Assembly (NCBI RefSeq): GCF_009914755.1
Contig: NC_060937.1
DNA length: 64,000 bases
Direction: 5' to 3' (one strand)
Origin: the human T2T-CHM13v2.0 reference genome, Homo sapiens
Made by a program: the position numbers and the translations under genes. The stretch's first letter is position 1, and each line of letters starts with the position of its first letter. The notes beneath the pieces are model-generated. The model saw only the letters and a list, made by a program, of their open reading frames with translations. It made no database searches and was not told the origin of the DNA. This document shows, one piece after another, positions 43,566 through 56,500 of this stretch.

Positions 43566-43700
43566 TTATTTTTTTTTTCTTTTTTGAGACAGGATCTAGC
43601 TATATTGTGCAGTTTGGCCCCCAACTCTTGGGCTCAAGTGACCCTCCCAACTTAGCCTCCTAAGTAGCTGGGACTACAGGTGCCAGCAAGAGGGCCCGGC
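43566..43700 (-). mobile_element. FLAM/Alu monomer
   Basis: Poly-T plus gagacagg...ctcttgggctcaagtgaccctcc...agctgggactacagg (single arm). Confidence 0.8.
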
Positions 43701-45212
43701 TATTTGATAAAGATCACTTTGTCACTTTGGCTGTCCTGTATTTAAAAACCTCTTTAAGCAACATGATTTAGAGCTGCTCTATCAGCATGATCTTATGATC
43801 TTATAATCTTATGAATCTGGACTATTCAGGATGGACCTCATACTCTGATCCTTCCTTCAAATTTCAGATCTTTCCTTCAGATTCCTAAATACTACTTTGG
43901 TAAACACTTTACAGACTAAACTAGGCAGAAAAAACTATGGTGATTCTTTTTGCTGATTAAATCCATGCTCAGTAGTTCTCTTATCCTCAGAGAAGCCAGG
44001 ATCTCAGGCTTCAGGCCATGCCCTGTGCAAGTCCAGGGGAGCTGTTGACATGAGCAACAAAGGGGGTGGCTGCCTCCTCAGCTGTGCGATGCTGAGCCCC
44101 TGGGGGAAGGGGCTGGTCGAGATTATGTGGTCTATGTCCCCTCTCCCATCACTACGAAGAAAGACAGCTGCAAAGTCCTATTTTTTAAGGCCTCCAGGCA
44201 ATGAAATCAACAATTATTTCAAAGTTGATATTTAATAACCCTCGTTATTATCAAATTATTTTTTATGGAAATCGGACACATTTTTCTAATTGTATTCTAC
44301 CCCTTTCTCTGGTTTTATCATCTTTTGAGGAGGTCAGCTGACTAATCTTTATTTTATCTATAGCCCCTAATGTTATCAATGCTAATCAATCACCACGTAG
44401 TTTCCTCTTTTCCAGTCTAAATAGTCCTAGCTCTTTGATGTACCTTCAAATGTCCAATTTTCCAATCCTTTATATCTTGATCTTTTATAAAACAGCTTCC
44501 CATGTTGCACAAAATTTAATAACAAAAGCAAAGATACGTGAAGCCTATAGTGAAGCAATGACGCCATCCTCTTTTTGACCATGCTAGATTCATAATTTTG
44601 TTCTACTTTTACCCTATTTTAAATCCCCCCTTTCAAAATCGCTGTAGATGGAGATCATACATTAGAGATATAATTGCATTTGAAAAGGATGGCCCTTTCA
44701 TTTTCTGCTGTTATAGCAGACACTGTTAGTTGCTACTGAAGTGACAGTACTCCTTTTTCCTGGTTTCCAATGCCCAGCTTTTGTTCAACTGTCTCTTCAT
44801 GGGATGTGGACACCTCCCAGCCCTGGAGGGTGCATCTCTTTTAGTGTAAATCAGCCATCTCCTTCCTCATAATCAATGGAACCAGGAGCTTGGGACCCAA
44901 TCCCAGACAATGGAAGTGAGGCAGAGGCAGCTGGTGGTGGGGTGGCTCTGGGGTCATTTGCATCATTCCAAAAAGACACCCCAGGAAGAGACACTGCTTT
45001 GCTGGACATTGTTATGAGATGACATGCTGCCTGGAGCTGCCGCAACCATCTTAGAAACACAGGGGGCCAAGCGTCTGAAATGAAAGCAAAGATCGGGAGG
45101 ATGGCTGAGTAGAAAGATGAAGAGATCCAGGGCTTCTGTGCACGCCACTTAGCTGCCTAATTAACCAGCCCTGGGCTTCCTGTTGTGTGAGTTAACACAT
45201 CCCTTTGCAATT

Positions 45213-45393
45213 TAGTGATTTTCACTGTGTGGTCCCAGACCAGTATCAGCATCATCTGGAAATTTTTAGAAATGCAGATTTTGGGGCCCTACCCCAGACT
45301 TGCTGAGAAGAGTCTAGGAGTGGAGTCCAGCAATCTGTTTTTAACAAGCCCCTCCAGATAATTCTAAGAAGTCCTGAAGTTTGAGAACTACTG
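45213..45393 (+). mobile_element. MER5A
   Basis: tgtggtcccagaccagtatcagcatc...agaaatgcagatt...ttttaacaagccctccag...aagtttgagaactactg. Confidence 0.85.
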
Positions 45394-45401
45394 CTCTGAG
45401 C

Positions 45402-45766
45402 TTGCTACAGTCTGAATGTCTGTGTCCTCCCACCACTCCTATATTAAAATTTGAATCCCCAAAGTGCTGGTATTAGGAGGTGGGGGTCTTTAGGAAGTGA
45501 TTCAGTCATGAGGGCAGAGCTCTCATGAATAGGATTAGTGCCCTTATGAAAGGGACCCCAGAGAGCTAGGTCAACCCTTCTGTCACGGGAGGGCACTGAG
45601 ACAGTACCATCTATGAAGCAGGCAGCAGGCCTTCACCAGACACCACATTATAGCAGCTTGTTCTTAGACTTCTCAGCCTCCAGAATTGTGAGGGAAAAAA
45701 AATACTATTGCCTATAAGCTACCCAGTCTATGGCATTTTGTTATAGCAGCTCAGATCAGCTAAGAG
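45402..45766 (+). mobile_element. MLT1A0-like LTR, nested with MER5A in an older MLT1 (~44710-45820)
   Basis: tgctacagtctgaatgtctgtgtcc...tatggcattttgttatagcagc. Confidence 0.85.
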
Positions 45767-47247
45767 CCATTGAATTGAGGTTTCAATTACTTGCAGCTAA
45801 ATGCATGCTAATTAATACAGCTCCTTTATTGTTTTATGCATCTTTTCTAGAAAAATCTATCAATCAGTATGTTTTCTGTCAATGTCATCTGAGAATTAAG
45901 TGTCATAACCAGAAAGATCTGGAGAGACAGGAGCACGTTGTACAGTTCCTGATATGTATTTGACACACCCAGACAGGCTGGAAAAGAGCTGGGGTAGGTT
46001 TCCTGGGGTATAAGTAATTTTCGTAAAAATTTAGAACTTTTTGAGTTCCAAGGTGAAAGGAGAGGATTTTGAAATGCAGAAAAAGAAAAGTTCAGAGGCA
46101 CAAACTCAGACAGAGCTCCTGTCAGAGGAACCAAGTGCCTAAAATAGGACAGAGTCTCCAGATGCAGCGGAAAGGCTGTGAGTCATCTGACCGCTCAGGT
46201 AGGAAAGCGGGACCAGTGTGAAATGAAGGAGGCACTAATGATAAGAGGACAAGAAACCACCAAATTGCTATTTAGGGTCATTGGGATCTGCAGAGGGAAA
46301 CAAGGCTGAAGAGACAAGAGGAAAGACACAGCTGTGAGGGTCAAAATCTAAAAGGAGCTCCTGAAGGGATGCTTAATGTTTTCAAGCTATCAACTGCAGC
46401 ATGCTAGGTCTATCATCTGTGTATCATTGCCAAAGCAAGACCCATAAACATCAGATTTCACTTGGTTATAGAATTCAGAGAAATACTACTGGGGCAATGA
46501 CAGGGAAGAGACACTGCACATTCTCAGTGGAGGAATCGTCCCCTCTGTCCTTCAACTGGTGCCATCCAAAAGTTGCTATGTCAAGTAATGCTAGCTTCAC
46601 TCAAATGCTATTACCCCTGGTCAACTCACAGTGATATGCACTAATGAGCAACCCATCTAATCTGTGAAGCAATGCTTAAGGAAGGTTTGAGGAAGGACGA
46701 GCTGCAGATCAGCTCAAGGATGGGACTCAAATATCATGACAGTACCATGAGCTAAGGTGCCTCTTGCAAGCTGCCTGTCGAGGCCATCAGTGGGTTAGAA
46801 CCAAATTCTTCCAAAATTATTGCAGCCTGCAGTCTTCTCATCTTGTCATATAACACTTAACATTCTGGAAAAGGCCCTGCATTGGTTTTGAGTGGTATTT
46901 CCAGAATCTGTGGACCTTTGAAACAACTCCATTTTGCTGTACTTTCTCCACAATGGCTCTTTCAGATAAATCACTTGTCCGTTCCTGCCTTAGATGAGGC
47001 CTGTGGAATGACTGCATCATTTGCCCTTTCATTGTTGAAATGGTTATCAGATTTCAGGTATATCAAGACTTGCAGATCAGGCCTCTTACTCTGTGTGACT
47101 AACAGGCTCCCCCAGAACAAACCATCCAGGCACAAACAGGGGATGCAGCCTGTGGCTATCCCATCACAGGTTTCCACACCACAGTGTGAGTCCATCTTGC
47201 TGACTTAACAACCGTAATTTAAAAATCACCTTCCAAATTGCACTGAT

Positions 47248-47253
47248 TTTATT
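47248..47253 (-). terminator. Distal poly(A) signal AATAAA
   Basis: tttatt on the + strand with a downstream U-rich element. Confidence 0.6.
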
Positions 47254-47356
47254 TGTTCAAAAGATAACACACACATTATTACATGACTATCATTTTAGGG
47301 CAAAGTGGATGCACGGACAAATGTTTCAAGCAAGGAGGTAAAACTCTCCTGGATAA

Positions 47357-47911
<555 letters not shown>

Positions 47912-48373
47912 TAAGCAGAGGTGCATAAGCAGATTCTGGACTGCAGAGCTGGGGAGCGGTCCTGGTTTTACCACTCATGGACTGTGTGCTCTCACACAAG
48001 TCTCTTAGCATTTTTGTACCTCGGGCTCCTCCTCTGTAGAATGAGGATGACAATTCTTACCTCCTAAGATTGTCATGAGCTATCAAGAAGTTAATATTTG
48101 TTATGTATTTAGAATGGCATCCAGCACGTCATAAGGACTCTGTTTTGTAGAGTACATCGAATGTTCTGTTTTGTTATATAACACATTTACTTTTCATAAA
48201 TGTTGTTATCTGGCAGGTATTTTTTGGCTTCCAGAATAAAAGTTTTAAAATTAAAAGGGGTATCCAAGTATTTTTAGGAGCCTAGTATTTCCTCACTTAC
48301 TCCCAAACTCTAAAAGTAGATTGGCTTTATGTTAAACAGAGAATTCGTACAGAAAAAATCTTCAGGACTGTAT

Positions 48374-50839
48374 TCATTTCATAAATAATGTACTTTATTT
48401 TATTGCATATGGCTATTAAGGAGGGCATCCATGATCAATACAGACTAAATACAATGCACTATTCTAGTCCAGTTTATTCTCGTCTCCAGCAGCATCACAT
48501 TGACCCCTATATACAGCGTGTACAGTGGAAGACAGAGCAAGATAAGTTAAGTCTCTTGTCATATCACAATAGCAAGAAATATATTTAACATCTTGATATC
48601 CAGAAACAATACGTACCCAAAAAGAAAACACTGTTTAATAACTGTTAAAGTTTATATAGCAAAAAATATTTTAAATTTAAGGTAAGTCAGGCAAAATGTA
48701 CAAAGACCCAATATACATTGTGAAGTTTTAGCAAACATAACATTTATACATTTTGGTTCCATTCTGTAAACTAAATTAAAAATGTAAATATTGCATATGC
48801 CTTTTTGTGAAATGTACAGGATAGAGGAAAATTTAGCATATTATCATCTGTGTATTTTGCTTGTTTTAAGCTGCAGTATGAACACGAACCATCTGTATAG
48901 TGTCATGACTACTCTACGGATAGAGGGCGAGTTAAATATGCGTCAATACACTGCTTTCAGCAGGGTCCATATTCAGTCCCTATCGTACCTGGGGGGAGTT
49001 ACAAAGCAAATACCACCCATTGATGCCTATTCCCAAAACTAAATAAAAACTTCAGGATTTTTATACATCTTAATAAAGTATATCATACACTGAAATTGAC
49101 CTTCCAGCTAACATTATATGGCCTATGCACTGCTGTGATGTATAATTTCAGAAAAGTAAAACCTTAAAAATGTTCAGGGAGATCACTTTACATTCAACTT
49201 TGTCTTGCAATACAATCCTCTGTTCTAAAGTTCAGCACGGAAGCAGGAAGACTTTTGCATTGCCATTAAATATATTTTTAAGACATTGAATTTTTTGGTC
49301 TTCCTCTAAAAAAGCCTCATTTTATTAATGCATTATTCTATAGCGATAGATATCTATTATATATTTATATATATTTTTCTAAAAACAAAACAAAACAAAA
49401 CCAACAACTTACATCTCCAATGAATTAGTGTAACCTCTCCATGACTATCAGAGAAGATAGGCACTGGGGAAGCCCCCACGGGAGGAGAGGTCGACAGCCC
49501 TCCAATCAAGTGTCGAGGGAGCAGAAAACGGCAGAACATTCTGCCGGTCAAGTTCAGCAGTTTTAGGTAACATCTGCGAGAACTGCCACACACTGGTATT
49601 TTCAGAATACTGAAAACATAAAACAAGGGTAGTCTTGTCCGGAATTTTTTCGACAAGTAACATGTACTGCGAGATTGCTTTTCTTCTTTTTCTTTTTCCA
49701 TCAATAACATAGGGGCTGGAATGCCTCTTTTTATCAGTTTCTTTCTTTCCTTTTTTTTTTTTCTTTTTGTTTTTTTTGTTCAGGGCAGCCTCACTGGTTG
49801 ACATAATAACATTTTATTAAAGATAATACGTTTTTTAAAAATCAAATCTGCCAAACCCGGACCACCCTGGAATTGCTAGCACGCCTACAGGGATTTTTGG
49901 TTACAGAAAGGCATGCCCAAGATTCAGGAGAGCAGAGACATCTGAGCTTGTAAATAGAATAAAAGGCGTTTGCAATGTGAAGTACCTACATAAACATCTA
50001 CATCGAGAAGATTAAACAAGTCTGTTAAAGGTAAAAAGAGATATTCATCCCCTTCCCAAAGCCCTTCCCTCCCACCTCCCACTACCCAATACAGTTGATT
50101 TTCAAAAGTAGGTTGCTTCAGTTACATATAATAATTATTATTTAGTAATCCGTCTTCAAAGTCCAATCCCAAATTTCACTTCCATTGAGAAATGTCAGTC
50201 CCACACTGGGCTCGGTGTGGACGTAAACATCGCAGGTACCTGCACTGGAATCCAACAAGCAGCTGTCTACTTGGACCATTTCAATAAGGCCGAGGACCGC
50301 GCTCCAGACACACAGCGCAGGGGCTACTACAGGAGGTCCTGTGGGACCCCCGCCACGGAAATCCGGCTTTACCTTGAACTGAGGTAGGACTGTGGTCGTT
50401 TTGAGTGTAAGCCAGTAAATACCAGATTTTACCACTTCCATAGGTACGGGTGCACTCTCCTAGCATGCTGAGGGTTATATCTGCTTTGCCAAAAGGAAAA
50501 GAAGAAGAAATTAAAAGACACTGGCCACAATTTAAGAAGGCCAATGAAAACATCCAATTTTCTTGAGAATAACTTCTTCAGCTAATTTTGTTAAAACAAA
50601 ACAAAACAAAACGCAAACAGCACAATGATGAATGCCCCATCCGGGAACAAGGGAAAGAGGCAGGTGACCTTGCCTTGTTGGTGCCTCATCTAACAGAGTC
50701 CACAGATGTTTCCAAACACAGTCATTGCTCAGATCCAAAAGAAAACTGCAAGCAGCTTCGGGCTGAAACAGTGCTGAGCGTCTTCTTTTAATGATACTCT
50801 CTGACATGTGACATCCTGGTGATAAAGCCAGACAGATCT
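48374..50839 (-). other. IRS2: IRS2 3'UTR (main form)
   Basis: Repeat-free, AU-rich sequence with many miRNA seed matches. It ends at overlapping AATAAAATAAA on the minus strand (tttattttatt at 48394-48404). The cleavage position is approximate. Confidence 0.85.
48394..48404 (-). terminator. Tandem poly(A) signals AATAAAATAAA (main IRS2 PAS)
   Basis: tttattttatt on the + strand. Confidence 0.8.
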
Positions 50840-50844
50840 TCACT
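50840..50844 (-). CDS. IRS2: Last coding bases of IRS2 (exon 2: ...AAA G|AG TGA = ...K-E-stop); the rest of the CDS is in exon 1, outside the window
   Basis: The minus strand reads ctgCTAACttccctcctttctttttcag|AGTGAAGATCTGTCTGGCTTTATCACCAGG. This gives a canonical branch point (50865-50869), a pyrimidine tract and AG (50845-50846). The exon start matches my recollection of IRS2 mRNA just after ...ATCGTGAAAG, and the ~2.47 kb distance to the tandem poly(A) signal fits the known exon 2. Confidence 0.9.
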
Positions 50845-52166
50845 CTGAAAAAGAAAGGAGGGAAGTTAGCAGAGACCCTCAGGAGAACAGAGCAATCTCT
50901 GGAGTTCCAGAAAGGGCCCCTCTAACCCACAGCTAGGACCTGGGTCATTTTCATAAACTGATGACCTTTGAGAAAGAAACATGTATTCATTCTGTTTTCC
51001 AGAGGTGAGTTCAGTGGGAAAACTCTGAGTTTTCCTGGAAGCAGAGCTGTTAGGTTCATGGTGAGTTGTCTAGACAGTTAGGTTCGTATTTTCAATTTAA
51101 GAAAAATATTCGCATGTGTTTTTGTGAATCATTCTGTCGAACAAGATAGAAAAAGAAGGGCCAGTTCCTAGGTTGCACTGCGTGTCTGTGTGATGGAATG
51201 ACCCCTGTAACTCCTTAGGCCTTGATGCTTCCTGTGTTGTGTGGGATACACAGAATCCACTTGCCTTCCTCCCAGGGCTGCAGAGATGAAAAACTATGAC
51301 ACACATTACAATGCTCTGTAAACTATGTTTATTCTACAAATGTGCATTATGTTATGAAAGTGGAGTAACTAATAACTCCACACTTCTGCCCTCAGAAAAC
51401 TTCCAACCGGATCATCTACCTCTTTTTGAACGTGCCCAGCAATGGAAGGTTCCTGCACGGCCTCATGTGTTGTTGCATAACCCTCAACATTAGGAAAGGG
51501 TTATTTTTATCCACTCAAACTTTCATATGTTCCAGTTTAAGTAATTTACCCTTTCGCTGTGCTCAGAGGGGACAGGGACTGAGGACACGTGGCCAGATCT
51601 AATTGCTTCCTCCCTTCCAGGATGAAGGATCAAAATTCTTTAACCTTTCTCAATTTCCAGTGTTTTAGGCCTATTTTTACTTGATATATTCCTTCTTCAA
51701 GGGACAGAACAAATTGGAAGATTTTGACCTTTCACAGCGTGCTGTTTTCTTCTTTCTAAGCTTCTTGGCTTTTTAACCAAAATGACATACTGTTCATTTT
51801 CATCACTCAGCAACATGAGGGTGAGCACCGCTTTGCTCTCAAACAGGTACATTTCCTTCCTTTGCAGATGCATTTATACCAACTGCATTTCTGGACACTC
51901 TTCTAAAATCCTTTAGAATTCTGATCCTAGCCTCTTATCATACTCCCTGACTTACTTTTTTGTGAACCAAATTCTTTTCTCTCCATCTTAAGTTTAGAGG
52001 ACTGAACTCAACAAGACAGAAACTTCCAGTGTGCCCTGAAGCTGAGAGTGAGTCCCTCAAAACCACATCTCCTTATGAACTCGAGGCACTACATGCTATA
52101 GCCCCCCAAAAACCCCAAAAGCTTTACAGAAAAAATACTTGTCAATATACAAAGTGGACATTTTAA

Positions 52167-52517
<351 letters not shown>

Positions 52518-53365
52518 TATCTTGTTATTTTTAAAAAGCTTTATGTCCATTATAAATTTAATAAGTAAACAATGTTCTGCCAATGAACCTTAACAGAATT
52601 AATTTCTTCCTAAGGAAAGATCTGTCTTTGAGTTATCTGATTCATTATTGTTGTGATTTTCAATCCCAGGAGACTTCAGTGAGAATCTAATTGTTTGTAT
52701 CCCCTAAAAAAAAACAGGCATTTGCTAAAACACACCTTGAGACTTGTAATTCACCCTAAAATGAGCTTGCATTTTGTCCCTGAGACCCTGATTTGGGAAG
52801 AATCCCATGGCCACCACAAGCAGGTAACTGAGACTCTGCAAATCCATTGACAGAAGAATTTCTAATCAATTGCTTATTTTATTTTGACACTAACAATTAG
52901 CTAAATGTGGCTGAATTATCTCATGTTAACTCTAAGTCTGTTATTTTGAAAACAGCTAAACTAGTAAGTTCTTCAGTTTCTCAAACTTAAGCACTTTGTC
53001 ATATAAATGGCGGGTAAATTATTGCTGAAAAAAATTACTTTCCATTTTCATTTGTGATTTCATGAGGCCACTGACATTTTCATTGTTTTTTTTAGGATGC
53101 TGTATCGCTGTAATATTCAACTCTTATCATTACATCTTTGCGAGCTCCAATTAAGTTGAACATGTAATTTTATTTTTTGGAAGTAGAATACAGTTATCAA
53201 AACGTTAATTTCTAAGCATTAGCATTATGCAAGAAAAGAGCTGATAAATGGCAAGGAAGTAATTCATCCATGCATTTATTCATGCAATGACCTTTCAACA
53301 ATTTTCTTTTTTTAATTCTACTCTGGTGCAAGGCCTCACTGATAACTTGGGGGAAGATGGCTGAC

Positions 53366-53505
53366 AAAAAAAAAAAAAAAAAGAAGGAAAGGGGAAAAGG
53401 AAGGGCAAGCGGAAGAGGAAGAGGAAGGGGAAGAGGAAGGGGAAGGAAAGAAAAAAAAAGAAGGAGGGAGGAAGGGGAAAGGGAAGGAGAAGGGAGGAAG
53501 GAAGG
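53366..53505. repeat. Polypurine (GA-rich) low-complexity tract
   Basis: ~140 bp of nearly pure A/G (GGAAGA/GGAAGG units). Confidence 0.95.
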
Positions 53506-56500
53506 GTTATTACAGGAAGATGAACCTGTTAATGGCACACTCAAAGGACACAAGAGAGCTGAGGTGAGGGAGACCAGAAACAGGATGACCACCCGCTCAG
53601 AGCCAGGCATGGGGGTGTCAGCTGTGCAGCGTTTCACACACATCTACATGCACACACGTGCACCAGAGCAAGCACAACGTGCATGTGTCTCACCTAGCCT
53701 GTCTCCTGTTAGGTTAATACAACCGCTTTCAACGGCCGCCTCCTTTCACGGTAAAGCGAGAACTGTGGTCTGGGTGTGCTCAGCGGGCACAGGCCTGTGG
53801 TTTTGCTCCCCAGTGCCCTGCCTCTCACAGACCTGCTTGCTTAGACATCCCCCCACCCCAGGAGGCTGAGGCTGATTCCAGGTGACCCTTTGGGATGCTT
53901 GGAAGCGCTCGCGGTGATTTAAACAGAATTAACCAGCAGAAACAATCCTTTGCGGAGGTGCAAAAGGGCAGCGAGGAAAAGGCTGGAGCACACCTCAGAT
54001 TGGACCCAGATGACTAGGACCTGCCAGCCGCAGCAGAGGGATTGGGATACAACAGAGACCTAAGAAGCATCAGTACTAAGAATTTATGGTGGAAAAAAGG
54101 GATCTGTTTTGAAACCCTAAGTATCATTTTTATTCATTTGTTAGAGAAAGAAGGTCTAAGACAGAAGCCATCTGCCTGAACTGATGTCTCAAATACCTTT
54201 TTCCAATTGAGCTGGTGGTAGAATCTTTGCCACACATACTATTAAAGGCCCCAGGCATAGGGCTAAATGATTAACACGTGCAAGGGCTCAGGAGGGCTCT
54301 CTGTAGTTCACACACAGCTTTCAGACACCAAACACCAAGAGCTGGTGCCCCTGGTTGAAACCACCACGGCAACACGATACCTACCACCCACCTGACAGCC
54401 ACCCACTCATCAGTGACACTCCCCTACCCCAGGAAGAAGAAAGCTGGAAAACACTCCAGAGATTCAAACCTAGGAATGAGAGTAAACTTTTGCCTTTATA
54501 TTCATTTACTTTCAAAGTAACTGAAGTTATCCCTCACCCTGAAAATCAGCCTGGTTCATCCTGACCAGGGGAAAAAAACACACCAACAATTTTCTAACAC
54601 TAATCATCTGACATCCTCAACCTTTAAATATGATCAAACTTCAGGCTTCCTGAAGATGAGATTCCAGCAAAAATTTATTTGTTGTATTATCTGTGTTCAT
54701 TTTAGTAGAAGCAAAGAATTATTAATTTTATGGCTGTTCTACCCTGAATATTCACTAAGAAGGAAGAGATTTTCTGAATTCATCAGCTGTAATGGCAAAA
54801 CCAAAAAGAAAACAATAAGACTCACGTGTTGCTCATGAACACAATGACAGAACACCACACACCAGTTCTGCTGCTACAGGTAATCTATATAAAAAATGTA
54901 AACTTACTGATACTCATTGAATTTGTCACATCGCTCATTACACACTGTACTACTCTGTCCCTTAGACGTTGCTTTGTGAGGAAATCCATCCACAGACGTA
55001 TCCACGTAGAGTTATTTGAGCAAATAAAACCAACAAACAAAAACACTTTTAGCAGAGATGAGAGTTGTTCCATGTGACATGTCGTGCAGTGTATCCACTC
55101 CGCATCTCCTTTCTGCTGTCGCTTGTGACAGATGACATTCATACGTGGGATACAGTCCCCTGTGCCACTCACCATAATGCCCTGCAGATGGGCAATAATT
55201 CCTCCCCTTTTCTCCTCCACTTACAAGAGCAATCAGAATGCAAATGAAGGAGAGAGCTGTCAGTAAAAGCTCCACCTTCAAACTGCTCAACTTGACTCCC
55301 CCGAAAGAGAGAAAGGAGGAAAGAAAACAAATCACTAGAAAACATTGTGATTAAGACAAGGAGGAAAGCTTCCTTGTAATATATGGAACAATGTCCCAAC
55401 AATGACATGTCACACGGAGCTGGGCACCATGACTGCAATCACATTACAGAAAACTGAAGTGGGCATCAAGCCTAGAACATGTTGGAAATAAGGTCAATTT
55501 GCTCCAGCCAATAAAATCAGGCAGCATTTTCGGCACACAGTCTGACTCACCAATCCTTTTTCTTCATAATTTCTCCTGACAATTTGGGTTTGGACATGTT
55601 TGCCTCCAATGTTACATTTCGATGTTCAAAATCCAGGATATACACCTGGGTCGTGGCAGCTCTGCCCAGGGAGGCCCCGGTCCTCTCTGCAGAGGGGCTT
55701 ACGGCCACCACGTAGGGCCCCATGGCACGGCTGTGGGACATGGGGCCTCACAGGCCTTTGGTGAGCAACACTGGACCACCCAGAGGCCAAATTCATGGAG
55801 TAGGTAAAGATGCTTTCACATTTTCAGCCATAGCTGAATTAGGAGTGTTACAAATACTGATGTACTTGACAAAATGAAACGATACACTTCTTAAAATTAA
55901 AATTTGTATTTCTAGTAGCAAATGTGATTCCGAAAGCAAGGAAACCTTCCATGAGCTCAAACATATCGTACAGGTACATCTCAGTGCCCAGTTTCAGCCT
56001 TTTATGTTAAACACAGAATTACAAGGGAAAATTGACTTTTCAGTTGCAGGAGCAATTCTGAGAAAAATAAACCCGATAATTTAGTATCTCCAGACTTTAC
56101 TAAAGCAAGACACTCTAAGAACATGAAAAAAAAAAAAAGGTAAGGTTGGGTATGATAACAAAAGCCAGAGATTCTAGGAAAAACGGTTACTTGAACTTTT
56201 CTTTTAAATTGGAAAAAAAACTAACTTAAAAGGAAAATATGGAAGAATAAGTTCCCCATGACAAACAGGGGCAATAACTTGCTTTCCTGCTGCCCTCCTT
56301 GAGAAAGACTGAAAACATTCTTTTCTATGAGCTCATCACTTCCACTGACAATTAAAATCATTTCATTTTGAATGCTTGTTAGTAAAAAAAATTCCGAATA
56401 TCAAGTTGCAACTTGATGTTAATGACACAATACAAAATAGGATGAGACAATCTAGTTGTCTCACAGGCTGGATTTAGTAAAAGGTATCTCCCCCTTTAAC

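Noticed and set aside
50142-50441. 99-aa ATG ORF within the IRS2 3'UTR
   Set aside because: No recognisable homology, it overlaps miRNA sites, and the length is compatible with chance. Ribo-seq would be needed to reconsider it as a downstream ORF.
50729-50842. Stop-codon read-through of IRS2 (36 further codons to the next TGA)
   Set aside because: The context is UGA-AGA, not the UGA-CUAG read-through motif.
53212-53869. 170-aa Arg/Gly/Lys-rich and 143-aa Leu/Pro-rich ORFs
   Set aside because: Translations of the polypurine tract.
56400-56417. 18-bp perfect palindrome atcaagttgcaacttgat
   Set aside because: A 9-bp-arm palindrome is plausible by chance in 64 kb of AT-rich DNA, and there is no supporting context.
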